DNA of 64,000 nucleotides from Thermococcus sp. JdFR-02 (GTDB lineage: Archaea; Methanobacteriota_B; Thermococci; Thermococcales; Thermococcaceae). The translations under genes and the position numbers were made by a program. Under the pieces are notes generated by a model. That model made no database searches, had not been told where the DNA came from, and saw only the letters and a list, made by a program, of their open reading frames with translations. Shown piece by piece: positions 51,985 through 61,335 of this stretch. Location: the NCBI GenBank assembly GCA_002009975.1, contig MTLP01000031.1, positions 64,001-128,000 of the forward strand, written 5' to 3'. The stretch's first letter is position 1; every line of letters starts with the position of its first letter.

Positions 51985-53499
51985 TCAGCGATTTCTCAGC
52001 AATATCAGTACAATAAGTGCCGCAATTCCAATGATTATCGTTACAACGACTTTGTTTATGGGGATAAGAGCGCTGTTATCCCTTCTATTCTCTACTGTTG
52101 GTGGTAATCTTACACTCTCTTTAGAATTGTTAAATGTGGTAGCTTCAAGAAAAGCTACAATCTCTGGAGTTAGGTTTTCAATTCTTTGTCCGTCAAATTT
52201 TAAAATTATCCTATCGCTTGCCAAAATCCACTCCCTTCCATCCCAACCAATCCACCTTATCCACAAAGCGTCATTCAAAACTTGTCTAAGAGTTCCGTTA
52301 AAGAAGTAAAGTGAAGAACCATTATAAATCAACCAGCCCTTAGGACTCCACAAAACATTGGTGTTTTCTTTAAAATATTCCTTACGGCAGTCAAGTGTTA
52401 TGTAAAAGAGCTTGTGAAATTCAGATGCATTGAAGTTTTTGAGATTCATTTTCCCAACTTGAACAATGCTATCTGAGACTTCATAGAGCGTGCCATTGGC
52501 AAAAAGCAAAGCTTCACCATTGTGAAACTCAGACATCTGGGCTTTAGGACTCACAACAGTATTAAGGCTTGCATTTTTTGCATCATAGAGGTATGTCCCA
52601 TTGATGCTCACTAAAAAGAGCCTTCCCTTATATGCTTCTATGAGGGTGAAGTTGCCCGAAAAGCTTGCAACCTTTCTGAAATCTTCTGGAAAGTGATAAT
52701 AGCCCTTCAAAGGTTCTATTGCATAAAGAATTTTGTTATAGAGCAGATAAACTCTTTCAGAGTCATAAATTAGCTGGGAACTATTAAGAGAAAACTGCGA
52801 CGTTATTTTTAGCACTGGAACCGCATCTATGAGAATCACTGCCTCAGTAAAGTTTTGATTAAAAATCGCTAAGGCACCGTTCTTAAGGTTGCGAACAAAG
52901 TACAAGTATCCTTTTTGGGCCAACAAAGGTGAAGATGCATTTTTGAAATCTCCCGTTAAATATCCGTACTTCTTCACCTTCACTTGTCCATCCTTGATAG
53001 TAGACAACCAAAGGAGGGAATCAAAATGCTCCAAATTGCACCACATAGAGAAGCAGTAAAAGGGATGAAGTACAAGGTAGTAATCTCGATTCCAGAAAAT
53101 ACTCACTGCTCCATCATTCCGAAAGCTGAGCAATTCCCTAAATTCCCCGCTGGGATAAAGGTAGCCATAGTGATCATACACCCTACCGGGTAAGGGTCTA
53201 TCACACCCCTCACATCCATAAAAGAGACATCCTTGAGAAGAGCAGTGAATCGGAATCATAGTAAAGTTGGAGCAAACGTTGGTTTTGCATGGAAATGCTG
53301 TCAAGTTCAACAGTTCAAATCTATACTCTGAAGGAAAATAAACTACTAAAAGTTGAGTTGATGAATTTGTAATGTTAAAAATTGTTGGGTTTCCTATTAG
53401 AACGTTGTTAATAGTCAAAGAATAAGCTAAGTGAGTAAAGAGGAGCATAAAAAAGCAAAAAATGAGAAGTCTTCCCTTCATTTTCACCATCTGAGGCAC
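51985..53499 (-). CDS. Hypothetical membrane-anchored surface protein
   Basis: Signal peptide, Cys-rich N-region, many N-x-S/T sequons, beta-rich repeats, C-terminal TM plus RNR. Confidence 0.65.
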   Translation of the reverse strand: MPQMVKMKGRLLIFCFFMLLFTHLAYSLTINNVLIGNPTIFNITNSSTQLLVVYFPSEYRFELLNLTAFPCKTNVCSNFTMIPIHCSSQGCLFYGCEGCDRPLPGRVYDHYGYLYPSGEFRELLSFRNDGAVSIFWNRDYYLVLHPFYCFSMWCNLEHFDSLLWLSTIKDGQVKVKKYGYLTGDFKNASSPLLAQKGYLYFVRNLKNGALAIFNQNFTEAVILIDAVPVLKITSQFSLNSSQLIYDSERVYLLYNKILYAIEPLKGYYHFPEDFRKVASFSGNFTLIEAYKGRLFLVSINGTYLYDAKNASLNTVVSPKAQMSEFHNGEALLFANGTLYEVSDSIVQVGKMNLKNFNASEFHKLFYITLDCRKEYFKENTNVLWSPKGWLIYNGSSLYFFNGTLRQVLNDALWIRWIGWDGREWILASDRIILKFDGQRIENLTPEIVAFLEATTFNNSKESVRLPPTVENRRDNSALIPINKVVVTIIIGIAALIVLILLRNR

Positions 53500-54395
53500 G
53501 TATTCCTAATGTATGAAACTATGTTTATATCCCAGTCAAAGTAATATGCCCTATTTTCCCATATATTGCCACTTACGGCCTCTTGAGCAGACACATAATC
53601 ACATGCTCTCTGTAATTTATACTCAGAACTTCTAACAGCACCATCAGCCTCCATTTCTATATAAACATTGGAAGGATTACTGTTTCTTATCCATCTTAGA
53701 ATATCAACTAAGAGGCTGTAAGTGTACTCTATTTGGTTGCAGTTTGCACCAATCTTATCTGCAAAGCAGTATCCTGGTTGCGGAAATACATAGTCAAAGT
53801 ACTTTGACAACAGAGCAATTTCCGAGTATTTATTTAACCACAGTATTACATCATTATTTGTTATTACCCCATCACCATCTTGATCTGTTATTGTTCCGGA
53901 GCATAGAACACTCCTTAGTGTAGGGATCCAAATAAACTGCAAATCTTTTTCCAAGTCTCTTTCTACTTCTTGAATACGCCCTGAAATGGCATTGATTTCA
54001 TATTCAGTAATACGTCCGCTTTGTATAGGCTTAGCATCCTCTAAACTCCAATAGAATCCCTTAAAATAATAACTTTCAATACTTGCAACTCCATCAATCC
54101 AACCCTCCCAGTAACTCAAGCCTCTTTTTCCTCCACTGAGAGTAAAATAGGGTATTGTTACTAAATATGGAATACCGCTTGTTCCACCTAACCATTCTTT
54201 CACTCTCAAAGCAAGCTCTCTGCCATCATTATATCCATCACTATATGAAGAACCACTGAATTTTGTTCTTGTTCCTTCTCCATCCAAAGCCACTGCAAAG
54301 TGAAATCCATTAATATACAAATCATCTGGTGTTGCATTGCTAACTTGGATATATTCTCCATTGTATTTATACCACCACAGTGCATACCTTGCCAT
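53484..54395 (-). CDS. DUF4855-like putative glycoside hydrolase (TIM barrel)
   Basis: GFYWSLE, IWIP, FDYVFPQPGY, IEME.D, AYY motifs; inserted DQDGDG loop; SD GAGGTGA. Confidence 0.6.
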   Translation of the reverse strand: MARYALWWYKYNGEYIQVSNATPDDLYINGFHFAVALDGEGTRTKFSGSSYSDGYNDGRELALRVKEWLGGTSGIPYLVTIPYFTLSGGKRGLSYWEGWIDGVASIESYYFKGFYWSLEDAKPIQSGRITEYEINAISGRIQEVERDLEKDLQFIWIPTLRSVLCSGTITDQDGDGVITNNDVILWLNKYSEIALLSKYFDYVFPQPGYCFADKIGANCNQIEYTYSLLVDILRWIRNSNPSNVYIEMEADGAVRSSEYKLQRACDYVSAQEAVSGNIWENRAYYFDWDINIVSYIRNTCLRW

Positions 54396-54597
54396 GACAT
54401 CACCTCGATCCATAGTTCTTATTATGACTATTTAAACTTTTTGATTTTTTAACACTCTTGTTAGTATTAATGAAATTTTACCTCGTTATTCAGGTTTAGT
54501 TTAACCACCTAAAATCACAAAATGAATTGATAATTAGAAATTAGAACCAAATGCATAAAATCTAACAGAAAAGGGAACAAGAAGAAAGCTAAAAGCT

Positions 54598-55182
54598 TCA
54601 CTTACCCTTTCTACCTTTTGCCCTAATGCTTGGTCTAATCTTCTCAGCACCTTTACCCTTATTGAGCAATCCTCTACTTCTTTTTCCAGCTGATGTTAAA
54701 CCTCTAAATACTCTACCCTTATGGCCTCTTCCAGCGATCCAAGCTATCTTTGGATCAGATTTAATAACTGGGTGATGTGGATCAACTAAAATTACCTCAA
54801 ACCACTTATACATTCCATCCTCGCCAACCCAATATGAGTTTAGAACTTCCAAGTTTGGATATTTTCTTGCTGCCTTTTCCTCAGCAATCCATTGTAAGCT
54901 CTTCTTTGGTGAATATTTGACTTGACCCATCTTACTTGGCTTTCTTCCGCCTCTCCACCTTGGTCTCTTTCTTCCGCCTCTCCTAACCCTAACTCTCACA
55001 ACAACGTAACCTTGCTTTGCTTGATAACCCAAGCTTCTTGCCCTATCTAATCTGGTTGGTCTCTCAATTCTAATAATGCTTGGCTCTCTTCTCCACTTAA
55101 TCATTCTAACCTTCAACAATTCCCCAACATAGCTCTTCTTTGGGCTTTTCCAAGCTTCTCTAATGTACTTGTACATTCCCAT
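54598..55182 (-). CDS. rpl15e: 50S ribosomal protein L15e
   Basis: [33 protein letters not shown]. Confidence 0.97.
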   Translation of the reverse strand: MGMYKYIREAWKSPKKSYVGELLKVRMIKWRREPSIIRIERPTRLDRARSLGYQAKQGYVVVRVRVRRGGRKRPRWRGGRKPSKMGQVKYSPKKSLQWIAEEKAARKYPNLEVLNSYWVGEDGMYKWFEVILVDPHHPVIKSDPKIAWIAGRGHKGRVFRGLTSAGKRSRGLLNKGKGAEKIRPSIRAKGRKGK

Positions 55183-55204
55183 CTTCTTCACCTCGCTTTC
55201 ACTG

Positions 55205-55258
55205 TTTGTGGTTCTCCGCAGAGCGGAACATCCCGCGGGCTAAACCCGCTTAGTCGTG
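55205..55258 (-). promoter_or_regulatory. Structured rpl15e leader (eL15 r-leader-like)
   Basis: Two GC-rich hairpins at 55235-55249 and 55211-55229, between a TTTAAA TATA and the SD. Confidence 0.65.
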
Positions 55259-55298
55259 GTGAGTTTAGAGTTTAGGTTTTTAAAGGTTACGATGGATT

Positions 55299-55493
55299 CT
55301 AAGTTTGCACTTTCCTTTTGCGATCCAAGAGTAGTTCTCCATCAATCCCAACATTCTCAGGAGAATTTTCCTTTATAAGCACAGTTATATGTCTTATTCC
55401 ATAAATCTTAGATGCTACCTCTGTAAGTTCCCTAACTAACTTCCTCTTCTTTTCAATATCAATTGGTGGTCCTTCGATGATTATGGTCGGCAT
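55299..55493 (-). CDS. 4-oxalocrotonate tautomerase family protein
   Basis: Starts MPT (catalytic Pro1); EKKRKLV, ENVGIDG. Confidence 0.88.
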   Translation of the reverse strand: MPTIIIEGPPIDIEKKRKLVRELTEVASKIYGIRHITVLIKENSPENVGIDGELLLDRKRKVQT

Positions 55494-55582
55494 CGTATCA
55501 CCCATTAAAATTTGCGTTGAAACATCATAAAAATTTCCTATCTTCCAAAACTTTTAAATACTAAAACCTCAAAAATAACGCC

Positions 55583-55727
55583 GATGCCAATGAGGGGGGA
55601 TAGAGTTCTCAACGATTAAAGGTTACTTCTATGCTGATCCCCCTATTTGGCACTATCAACGCTTTTCCCCTTTTGAAATGCAAACTGTTTTAAGTTCCCA
55701 TTTTAACAACTTCAAGGAGGTTAGGGT
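55583..55727 (+). promoter_or_regulatory. Structured 5' leader of leuS (putative Leu-responsive RNA switch)
   Basis: TATA TTTAAATA at 55553; hairpin 55585-55652; alternative helix 55593-55607 with 55658-55672. Confidence 0.62.
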
Positions 55728-58592
55728 ATGGTAGATTGGAAAGCAATTGAAGAAAAGTGGCAAAAGAAATGGAGCGAAGAGAAAGTCTTTGAACCTCAAA
55801 TTGGTGAAAAGCCAAAATTCTATATAACGGTAGCATTTCCTTACTTATCTGGGCATTTACATGTAGGACATGCAAGAACTTATACAATCCCAGACGTAAT
55901 TGCAAGATTCAAGAGAATGCAGGGATACAACGTATTATTCCCAATGGCTTGGCACATAACAGGTTCACCAATAGTTGGAATTGCAGAAAGAATTAAGCAT
56001 AGAGATCCCCAAACAATTTTCGTTTATAGAGACGTCTATAAAGTCCCTGAGGAGATTCTATGGACATTTGAAGATCCAGTGAATATCGTGAAGTACTTCA
56101 TGAAAGCAGCAAAAGAGACTTTTAATAGAGCTGGATTTAGCGTAGATTGGAGTAGAGAATTCCACACAACATCTCTACATCCGCAGTTCAATGCTTTCAT
56201 AACTTGGCAGTTCTTAAAGCTAAAGGAGAAGGGATTAGTTGTTAAAGGAACTCACAGAGTTAGATGGGATCCTGTTGTTGGGACTCCTTTAGGAGATCAC
56301 GACTTAATTGAAGGCGAAGATGTTCAAATCTTAGAATATATCCTAATCAAGTTCATCTTAGAAGAAAATGGTAAGCGTATTTATTTACCAGCCGCAACCC
56401 TAAGACCAGAAACAGTTTATGGAGTAACTAATATGTGGCTAAATCCAGATGCTACATACGTTAAAGCAAAGGTTAATGATGAAATTTGGGTCATAAGCAG
56501 AGAAGCCGCTTATAAGTTAAGCTTTCAAGACAAGAAGATTGAAGTCTTAGAGGAATTCAAAGGAGAAAAATTAATTGGAAAATGGGTCAAAAACCCAGTA
56601 ACTGGCGATGAAATTATCATTCTACCAGCAGATTTTGTTGATCCAGATAATGCAACCGGTGTAGTTATGAGTGTTCCAGCACATGCGCCCTTTGATCATG
56701 CGGCATTAGAGGACATTAAAAAGAATACTGAGCTATTGTTAAAGTACGACATTGATCCTAGGATTGTAGAAAACATAAGCTACATTTCTTTAATTAAGTT
56801 AGAGGGATATGGAGAATTCCCAGCAGTTGAAGAGGCTCAAAAATTGGGTGTTAAGAGTCAGGAAGATAAAGAAAAGTTAGAGCAGGCAACAAAGAACATC
56901 TACAAAGCTGAGTTCCATAAGGGTGTGTTCAAGATAGAACCATACAAAGGAGTTCCTGTGAGCAAAGTAAAAGACCTGATTGCCAACGATATGAAAGAGA
57001 AAGGAATAGCTGATATGATGTATGAATTTGCTGAAAAGAACGTTATTTCGAGATTTGGAAATAGAGCGGTAATTAAAATTATTCATGACCAATGGTTCAT
57101 AGATTATGGAAACCCAGAATGGAAAGAAAAGGCGAGAGAAGCTTTAGCCAACATGAAGATTTTACCAGAGTCAAGAAGAGCTCAATTTGAAGCTATTGTC
57201 GAGTGGTTAGACAAGAAAGCTTGTGCAAGGAAAGTGGGTTTAGGAACATCACTACCTTGGGACAGGGAATGGGTTATCGAAAGCTTGAGCGATTCAACCA
57301 TTTATATGGCTTACTACACAATTTCAAGAGTTATCAACAAGCATGGAATTAAAGGGGAACAATTAATCCCAGAGTTATTTGATTACATATTCTTAGAAGA
57401 GTTCAGTGGAGCTAGGGAGGAAGAGCTAGGCAAAAAGACCGGAATTCCAAAGGAAGTTATTAGAGAGATGAAAGAAGAGTTCGAGTACTGGTATCCATTA
57501 GACTGGAGATGCTCAGCTAAGGACTTAATTCCAAATCACTTAACATTCTTCATATTCAACCACGTTGCAATATTCAAGAAGAAGCACTGGCCAAGAGGAA
57601 TTGCTGTAAACGGGTATGGAACATTAGAAGGCAAGAAAATGAGCAAGAGTAAGGGTAATGTCTTGAACTTTATTGATGCAATTAAGGAAAATGGAGCAGA
57701 TGTAGTGAGATTTTATATCATGAGCTTAGCTGAACATGACAGTGACTTCGATTGGAGAAGAGCAGAGGTTGCAAAGTTAAAGGGACAATTGGAGAGATTT
57801 TACGAACTAATAGAACAATTTGCAAGCTATGAAATCAGAGAAGGCGTTAAACTAAAAGATATTGATCGCTGGCTATTACACCGCTTAAACAAGGCAATTT
57901 ATGAAACCACAAAAGCTTTAGATGAATTTAGGACAAGAACGGCATCTCAATGGGCATTCTACAGCATTTTAAATGACCTAAAATGGTACATGAGAAGAAC
58001 TGAAGGAAGAGATGACGATGCAAAGCGCTATGTGTTAAGAAGCTTAGCAGATGTTTGGGTTAGGTTAATGGCACCGTTTACACCTCACATCTGTGAAGAA
58101 TTGTGGCAAAAATTAGGCGGAAATGGATTCGTGAGCTTAGCTAAGTGGCCCGAGCCTAAAGAAGAGTGGTGGAACGAGGAGCTGGAAATTGAGGAGGAAT
58201 ACATCAAAGACCTAATTGATGATATCAAAGAAATTCTAAGCGTTGCAAAGATTGAGAATCCAAAGAGGGCTTACATTTATACAGCTGAAGATTGGAAGTG
58301 GAAGATAGCGGAGATAGTTGCCCAAAAGAAGGACTTCAAAGCGGCAATGAGTGAAGCCATGAAAGACCCAGAGATGAGAAAGAAAGGTAAAGAAGTTGCC
58401 AACCTCGTGAATAGATTAATAAAAGAGAGGGTCTTTGAAGTGAAGCGCATTGACGAAGAAAAAGCATTGAGAGAATCAAAAGACTTCATTGAGAAAGAAA
58501 TTGGTTTAGAAATAATTATCAATCCAGAAGAGGATAAAGGTGGAAAGAAGAAGCAAGCAATGCCAATGAAACCTGCCGTGTTTATTGAGTAA
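55728..58592 (+). CDS. leuS: Leucine--tRNA ligase (archaeal type)
   Basis: [33 protein letters not shown] editing motif, ESLSDST, KMSKS. Confidence 0.96.
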   Translation: MVDWKAIEEKWQKKWSEEKVFEPQIGEKPKFYITVAFPYLSGHLHVGHARTYTIPDVIARFKRMQGYNVLFPMAWHITGSPIVGIAERIKHRDPQTIFVYRDVYKVPEEILWTFEDPVNIVKYFMKAAKETFNRAGFSVDWSREFHTTSLHPQFNAFITWQFLKLKEKGLVVKGTHRVRWDPVVGTPLGDHDLIEGEDVQILEYILIKFILEENGKRIYLPAATLRPETVYGVTNMWLNPDATYVKAKVNDEIWVISREAAYKLSFQDKKIEVLEEFKGEKLIGKWVKNPVTGDEIIILPADFVDPDNATGVVMSVPAHAPFDHAALEDIKKNTELLLKYDIDPRIVENISYISLIKLEGYGEFPAVEEAQKLGVKSQEDKEKLEQATKNIYKAEFHKGVFKIEPYKGVPVSKVKDLIANDMKEKGIADMMYEFAEKNVISRFGNRAVIKIIHDQWFIDYGNPEWKEKAREALANMKILPESRRAQFEAIVEWLDKKACARKVGLGTSLPWDREWVIESLSDSTIYMAYYTISRVINKHGIKGEQLIPELFDYIFLEEFSGAREEELGKKTGIPKEVIREMKEEFEYWYPLDWRCSAKDLIPNHLTFFIFNHVAIFKKKHWPRGIAVNGYGTLEGKKMSKSKGNVLNFIDAIKENGADVVRFYIMSLAEHDSDFDWRRAEVAKLKGQLERFYELIEQFASYEIREGVKLKDIDRWLLHRLNKAIYETTKALDEFRTRTASQWAFYSILNDLKWYMRRTEGRDDDAKRYVLRSLADVWVRLMAPFTPHICEELWQKLGGNGFVSLAKWPEPKEEWWNEELEIEEEYIKDLIDDIKEILSVAKIENPKRAYIYTAEDWKWKIAEIVAQKKDFKAAMSEAMKDPEMRKKGKEVANLVNRLIKERVFEVKRIDEEKALRESKDFIEKEIGLEIIINPEEDKGGKKKQAMPMKPAVFIE

Positions 58593-58593
58593 T

Positions 58594-59094
58594 CTAAATT
58601 TTGCCTTCTTTCTTTAGTTTTAGAAGTTTTTTGCCAAGTTCAGTCAAAACTCGCTTGTTATGTTCTACCTTTATTATCCCTGCAGATGATAAATATGATA
58701 AATATGCTACTAGAGTGTTTTTAGACATGTCTGTTTTTTCTTCCATTAACTTAATAATCTCCTTTGTTGTCTTTCCATTTATTTCTTCCAGATCAAATAA
58801 GTTAATTAATTTCATAATGTTATTTAAAGTGTAACCACTCCCTTTTTTATTTTTTATGTTCTCTTCAATTTCTTGGAGAATGTCATCTAATTCAAAGTTT
58901 AAGTTTTCAATATTTTCATGACTTTGTTCTTGCTGAATTTTTATTAAGTTCATCATTTCTAGAAGTCGAATCCTATAAGGTTCTAAAAGTCTTCTAATAA
59001 GCTCCTGCACTGTTATTCCTCTAATCTTCGCTTCAAGTTCCAAATTTTCATAAAAATCCTTCGGAAGTTCAATTTTAATTTTTATGATTTCCAT
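58594..59094 (-). CDS. Putative DNA-binding protein: N-terminal RHH-like region, coiled coil, C-terminal winged HTH
   Basis: IKIELPKDFYENLELEAKIRGITVQELIRRLL (CopG-like); TTKEII...SKNTLVAYLSYLSSAGII...LTELGKK (wHTH-like). Confidence 0.6.
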   Translation of the reverse strand: MEIIKIKIELPKDFYENLELEAKIRGITVQELIRRLLEPYRIRLLEMMNLIKIQQEQSHENIENLNFELDDILQEIEENIKNKKGSGYTLNNIMKLINLFDLEEINGKTTKEIIKLMEEKTDMSKNTLVAYLSYLSSAGIIKVEHNKRVLTELGKKLLKLKKEGKI

Positions 59095-59114
59095 GAAATC
59101 ACCACCATTAATAT

Positions 59115-59990
59115 TCATAATGACATTCCTCTGAAGCGCTGTATCCTTAGCTCAAATTCATTTGTTAAGCTTTCAAAGAATTTTTGTGCCTTCTCATTTT
59201 TTCGAAGTATCCGTTCAATTGGAGATTTCCTCTTTTTTGTTGCATAAAGAGAGATTCTTCTTAAGTCCGAAATTGAGTACACTACTGTATTAAACAATAA
59301 TTCCTCATACAAAAGTTCTCTAAGTGGTGTATCTTTAAATTTTTCTTTAATTTTGTGTTCTAAATAATTCTTAACTTTTTTAAGTCCAGTAGTTACTCGT
59401 GAGTTTACATTATTCAGAACAATACCAATTAGTTTTGGTTTATCTTTTCTTTCATCAATAAGGGCATAATAGGCATAGAGAATTTTGTTTACAAAGAAAA
59501 TTGTACCATTTACGTTCAGATCACCAAGGTCAGTAGGGACAATTATGTAATTTGACACTTCAAGTCCATAACGAGCAAATATCGGATCGGGTGGGCAATC
59601 AATTATCACATAATCAAACTTATCCAAACTTCTCTCTTGTCTAAAATACTGTCTAAGAGTTTCTGGACCTAATAATCCAGCTCCAAATCTTCTCAGGAAT
59701 ACATCTGCAAAGAAGTTCACTGAAGAAGGTATTATTTTTAGATTCTCCCTAACTTTATTGTTCTCAATAAGTTCTGGTTTTGAATATGGGAACTTTCTAT
59801 TTTGAAGTAAATGATAAACATTCTTATTAGGAGTTGCCTTAAAGAATACTGATGTTAAATGGGCTTGAGGATCAAAGTCAATAAGACAGACTTTTTTATT
59901 TTGCATAGCTAATGATACACCCAAGATGGCAGATAATGTTGTTTTCCCAGTTCCTCCTTTTAAATTCACAATAGAAACAATATTTGTCAT
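59115..59990 (-). CDS. ParA/Soj-family ATPase
   Basis: Deviant Walker A KGGTGKTT, IDFDPQAHLT, IIDCPP. Confidence 0.9.
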   Translation of the reverse strand: MTNIVSIVNLKGGTGKTTLSAILGVSLAMQNKKVCLIDFDPQAHLTSVFFKATPNKNVYHLLQNRKFPYSKPELIENNKVRENLKIIPSSVNFFADVFLRRFGAGLLGPETLRQYFRQERSLDKFDYVIIDCPPDPIFARYGLEVSNYIIVPTDLGDLNVNGTIFFVNKILYAYYALIDERKDKPKLIGIVLNNVNSRVTTGLKKVKNYLEHKIKEKFKDTPLRELLYEELLFNTVVYSISDLRRISLYATKKRKSPIERILRKNEKAQKFFESLTNEFELRIQRFRGMSL

Positions 59991-60302
59991 AAACCTCACC
60001 AAATATAAAATATTACGCTAAGAATTTAAAAATTTTTCACAATTTGACATAACATAAATAAGCCATTTTTTGAGCATAAGATAACAAATAACAATTATGC
60101 TATGTTTACTTAATAAAAGCAGTTAATAACTTAAAGGATTCACTCAAATACCTAATTCTCAACTTGTTAGAAAAGTATGATTGAAAAAAACTATAATGGC
60201 TTTTAAAATATAATAGGGATAAGGAATATAAAACTATTTTTCCCTTTTAGTAAAATGATAAAAGTAAAATGAAAGTCAAAAAGGAGAGAATCTTTTCATG
60301 AT

Positions 60303-61331
60303 CTAATACTCCCTTTCCACTATGAAATCGGCGAGCAGTTCAAGATTTTTCCTTGCTTCGCTCTCTGGGAGAACCTTTAAAGCATCTTTAGCATCTTTTA
60401 TCAGATCCTTTGCGATCTTTGAAGCGTATTCGATACTTCCATACTTTTTCAATAGCTCAATCGCCTTTTGAACCTCTTCTCTAATATCTTCCTTAATGAC
60501 AGCATCACCTTTAACATCGCCAGCATATTTTCCAAAGACCTTAAAGAACTCCTGTCTATCTTCCTCACTTGCATTTTCCAAAAAGTGAGCAACTATTAAA
60601 GTCCTTTTGCCTTTCCTTATGTCGCTTCCCACAGGTTTTCCAAGCTTCTCCTCATCAGCTATTAAGTCCAAAACATCATCCCAAATTTGGAACGCAATTC
60701 CAACATTTCTGCCGTATGTAGACAAAGCTTGAATATATTCCTCATTATCAGTCCCGATTATTGCTCCAATAGTAGCTGAAGCATCAAATAAAGCTCCAGT
60801 TTTTCCACTAATCATCTTCATATATTCCTCAACAGTAACATCGTTTCTCGTCTCAAAGTCAATATCCATGGCTTGACCTTCACACAGCTCATTTGAAGTT
60901 TTTGCCATAACATCTAAGATTCTCACCACTTTTTTAGCATCTATTGGGATTTTTGCTATTGATTCAAAGACCTTTGAAAACAGCAAGTCTCCAGCCAATA
61001 TAGCCAAGTTAATGCCCCAGAGGACATGAACTGTTGGTTTCCCTCTTCTTTTTTCATCCATATCCATTATATCATCATGAACGAGTGAATAGTTATGTAA
61101 AAGCTCAACTGCAACAGCTCCATAAACGGCTTTATTTGGATCTCCTCCCACCGCTTCACTCGCGCTCAAAACCACAAAGGGTCTAACCCTTTTTCCTCCA
61201 GCTAGTGGATAATGCCTTGCGGCATCGTAGAGCTTCTTTGGATCTTTTTCTGGAATAAGTTCAAATATAGCTTCATCGACAGCTTTAGCCTTTTCTTTTA
61301 TTGCTTCAAAGAGAGATTCAAACTTTTCCAT
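60303..61331 (-). CDS. idsA: Geranylgeranyl diphosphate synthase
   Basis: GGKRVRP, HDDIMD, RRG, GQAMD, FQIWDD. Confidence 0.93.
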   Translation of the reverse strand: MEKFESLFEAIKEKAKAVDEAIFELIPEKDPKKLYDAARHYPLAGGKRVRPFVVLSASEAVGGDPNKAVYGAVAVELLHNYSLVHDDIMDMDEKRRGKPTVHVLWGINLAILAGDLLFSKVFESIAKIPIDAKKVVRILDVMAKTSNELCEGQAMDIDFETRNDVTVEEYMKMISGKTGALFDASATIGAIIGTDNEEYIQALSTYGRNVGIAFQIWDDVLDLIADEEKLGKPVGSDIRKGKRTLIVAHFLENASEEDRQEFFKVFGKYAGDVKGDAVIKEDIREEVQKAIELLKKYGSIEYASKIAKDLIKDAKDALKVLPESEARKNLELLADFIVEREY

Positions 61332-61335
61332 GTTA

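Noticed and set aside
55583-55727. Canonical bacterial T-box call for the leuS and trpB2 leaders
   Set aside because: No GGTGGNACC T-box sequence or AG/AGTA motifs, and the codon is on the 5' side of the stem; only an analogy is claimed.
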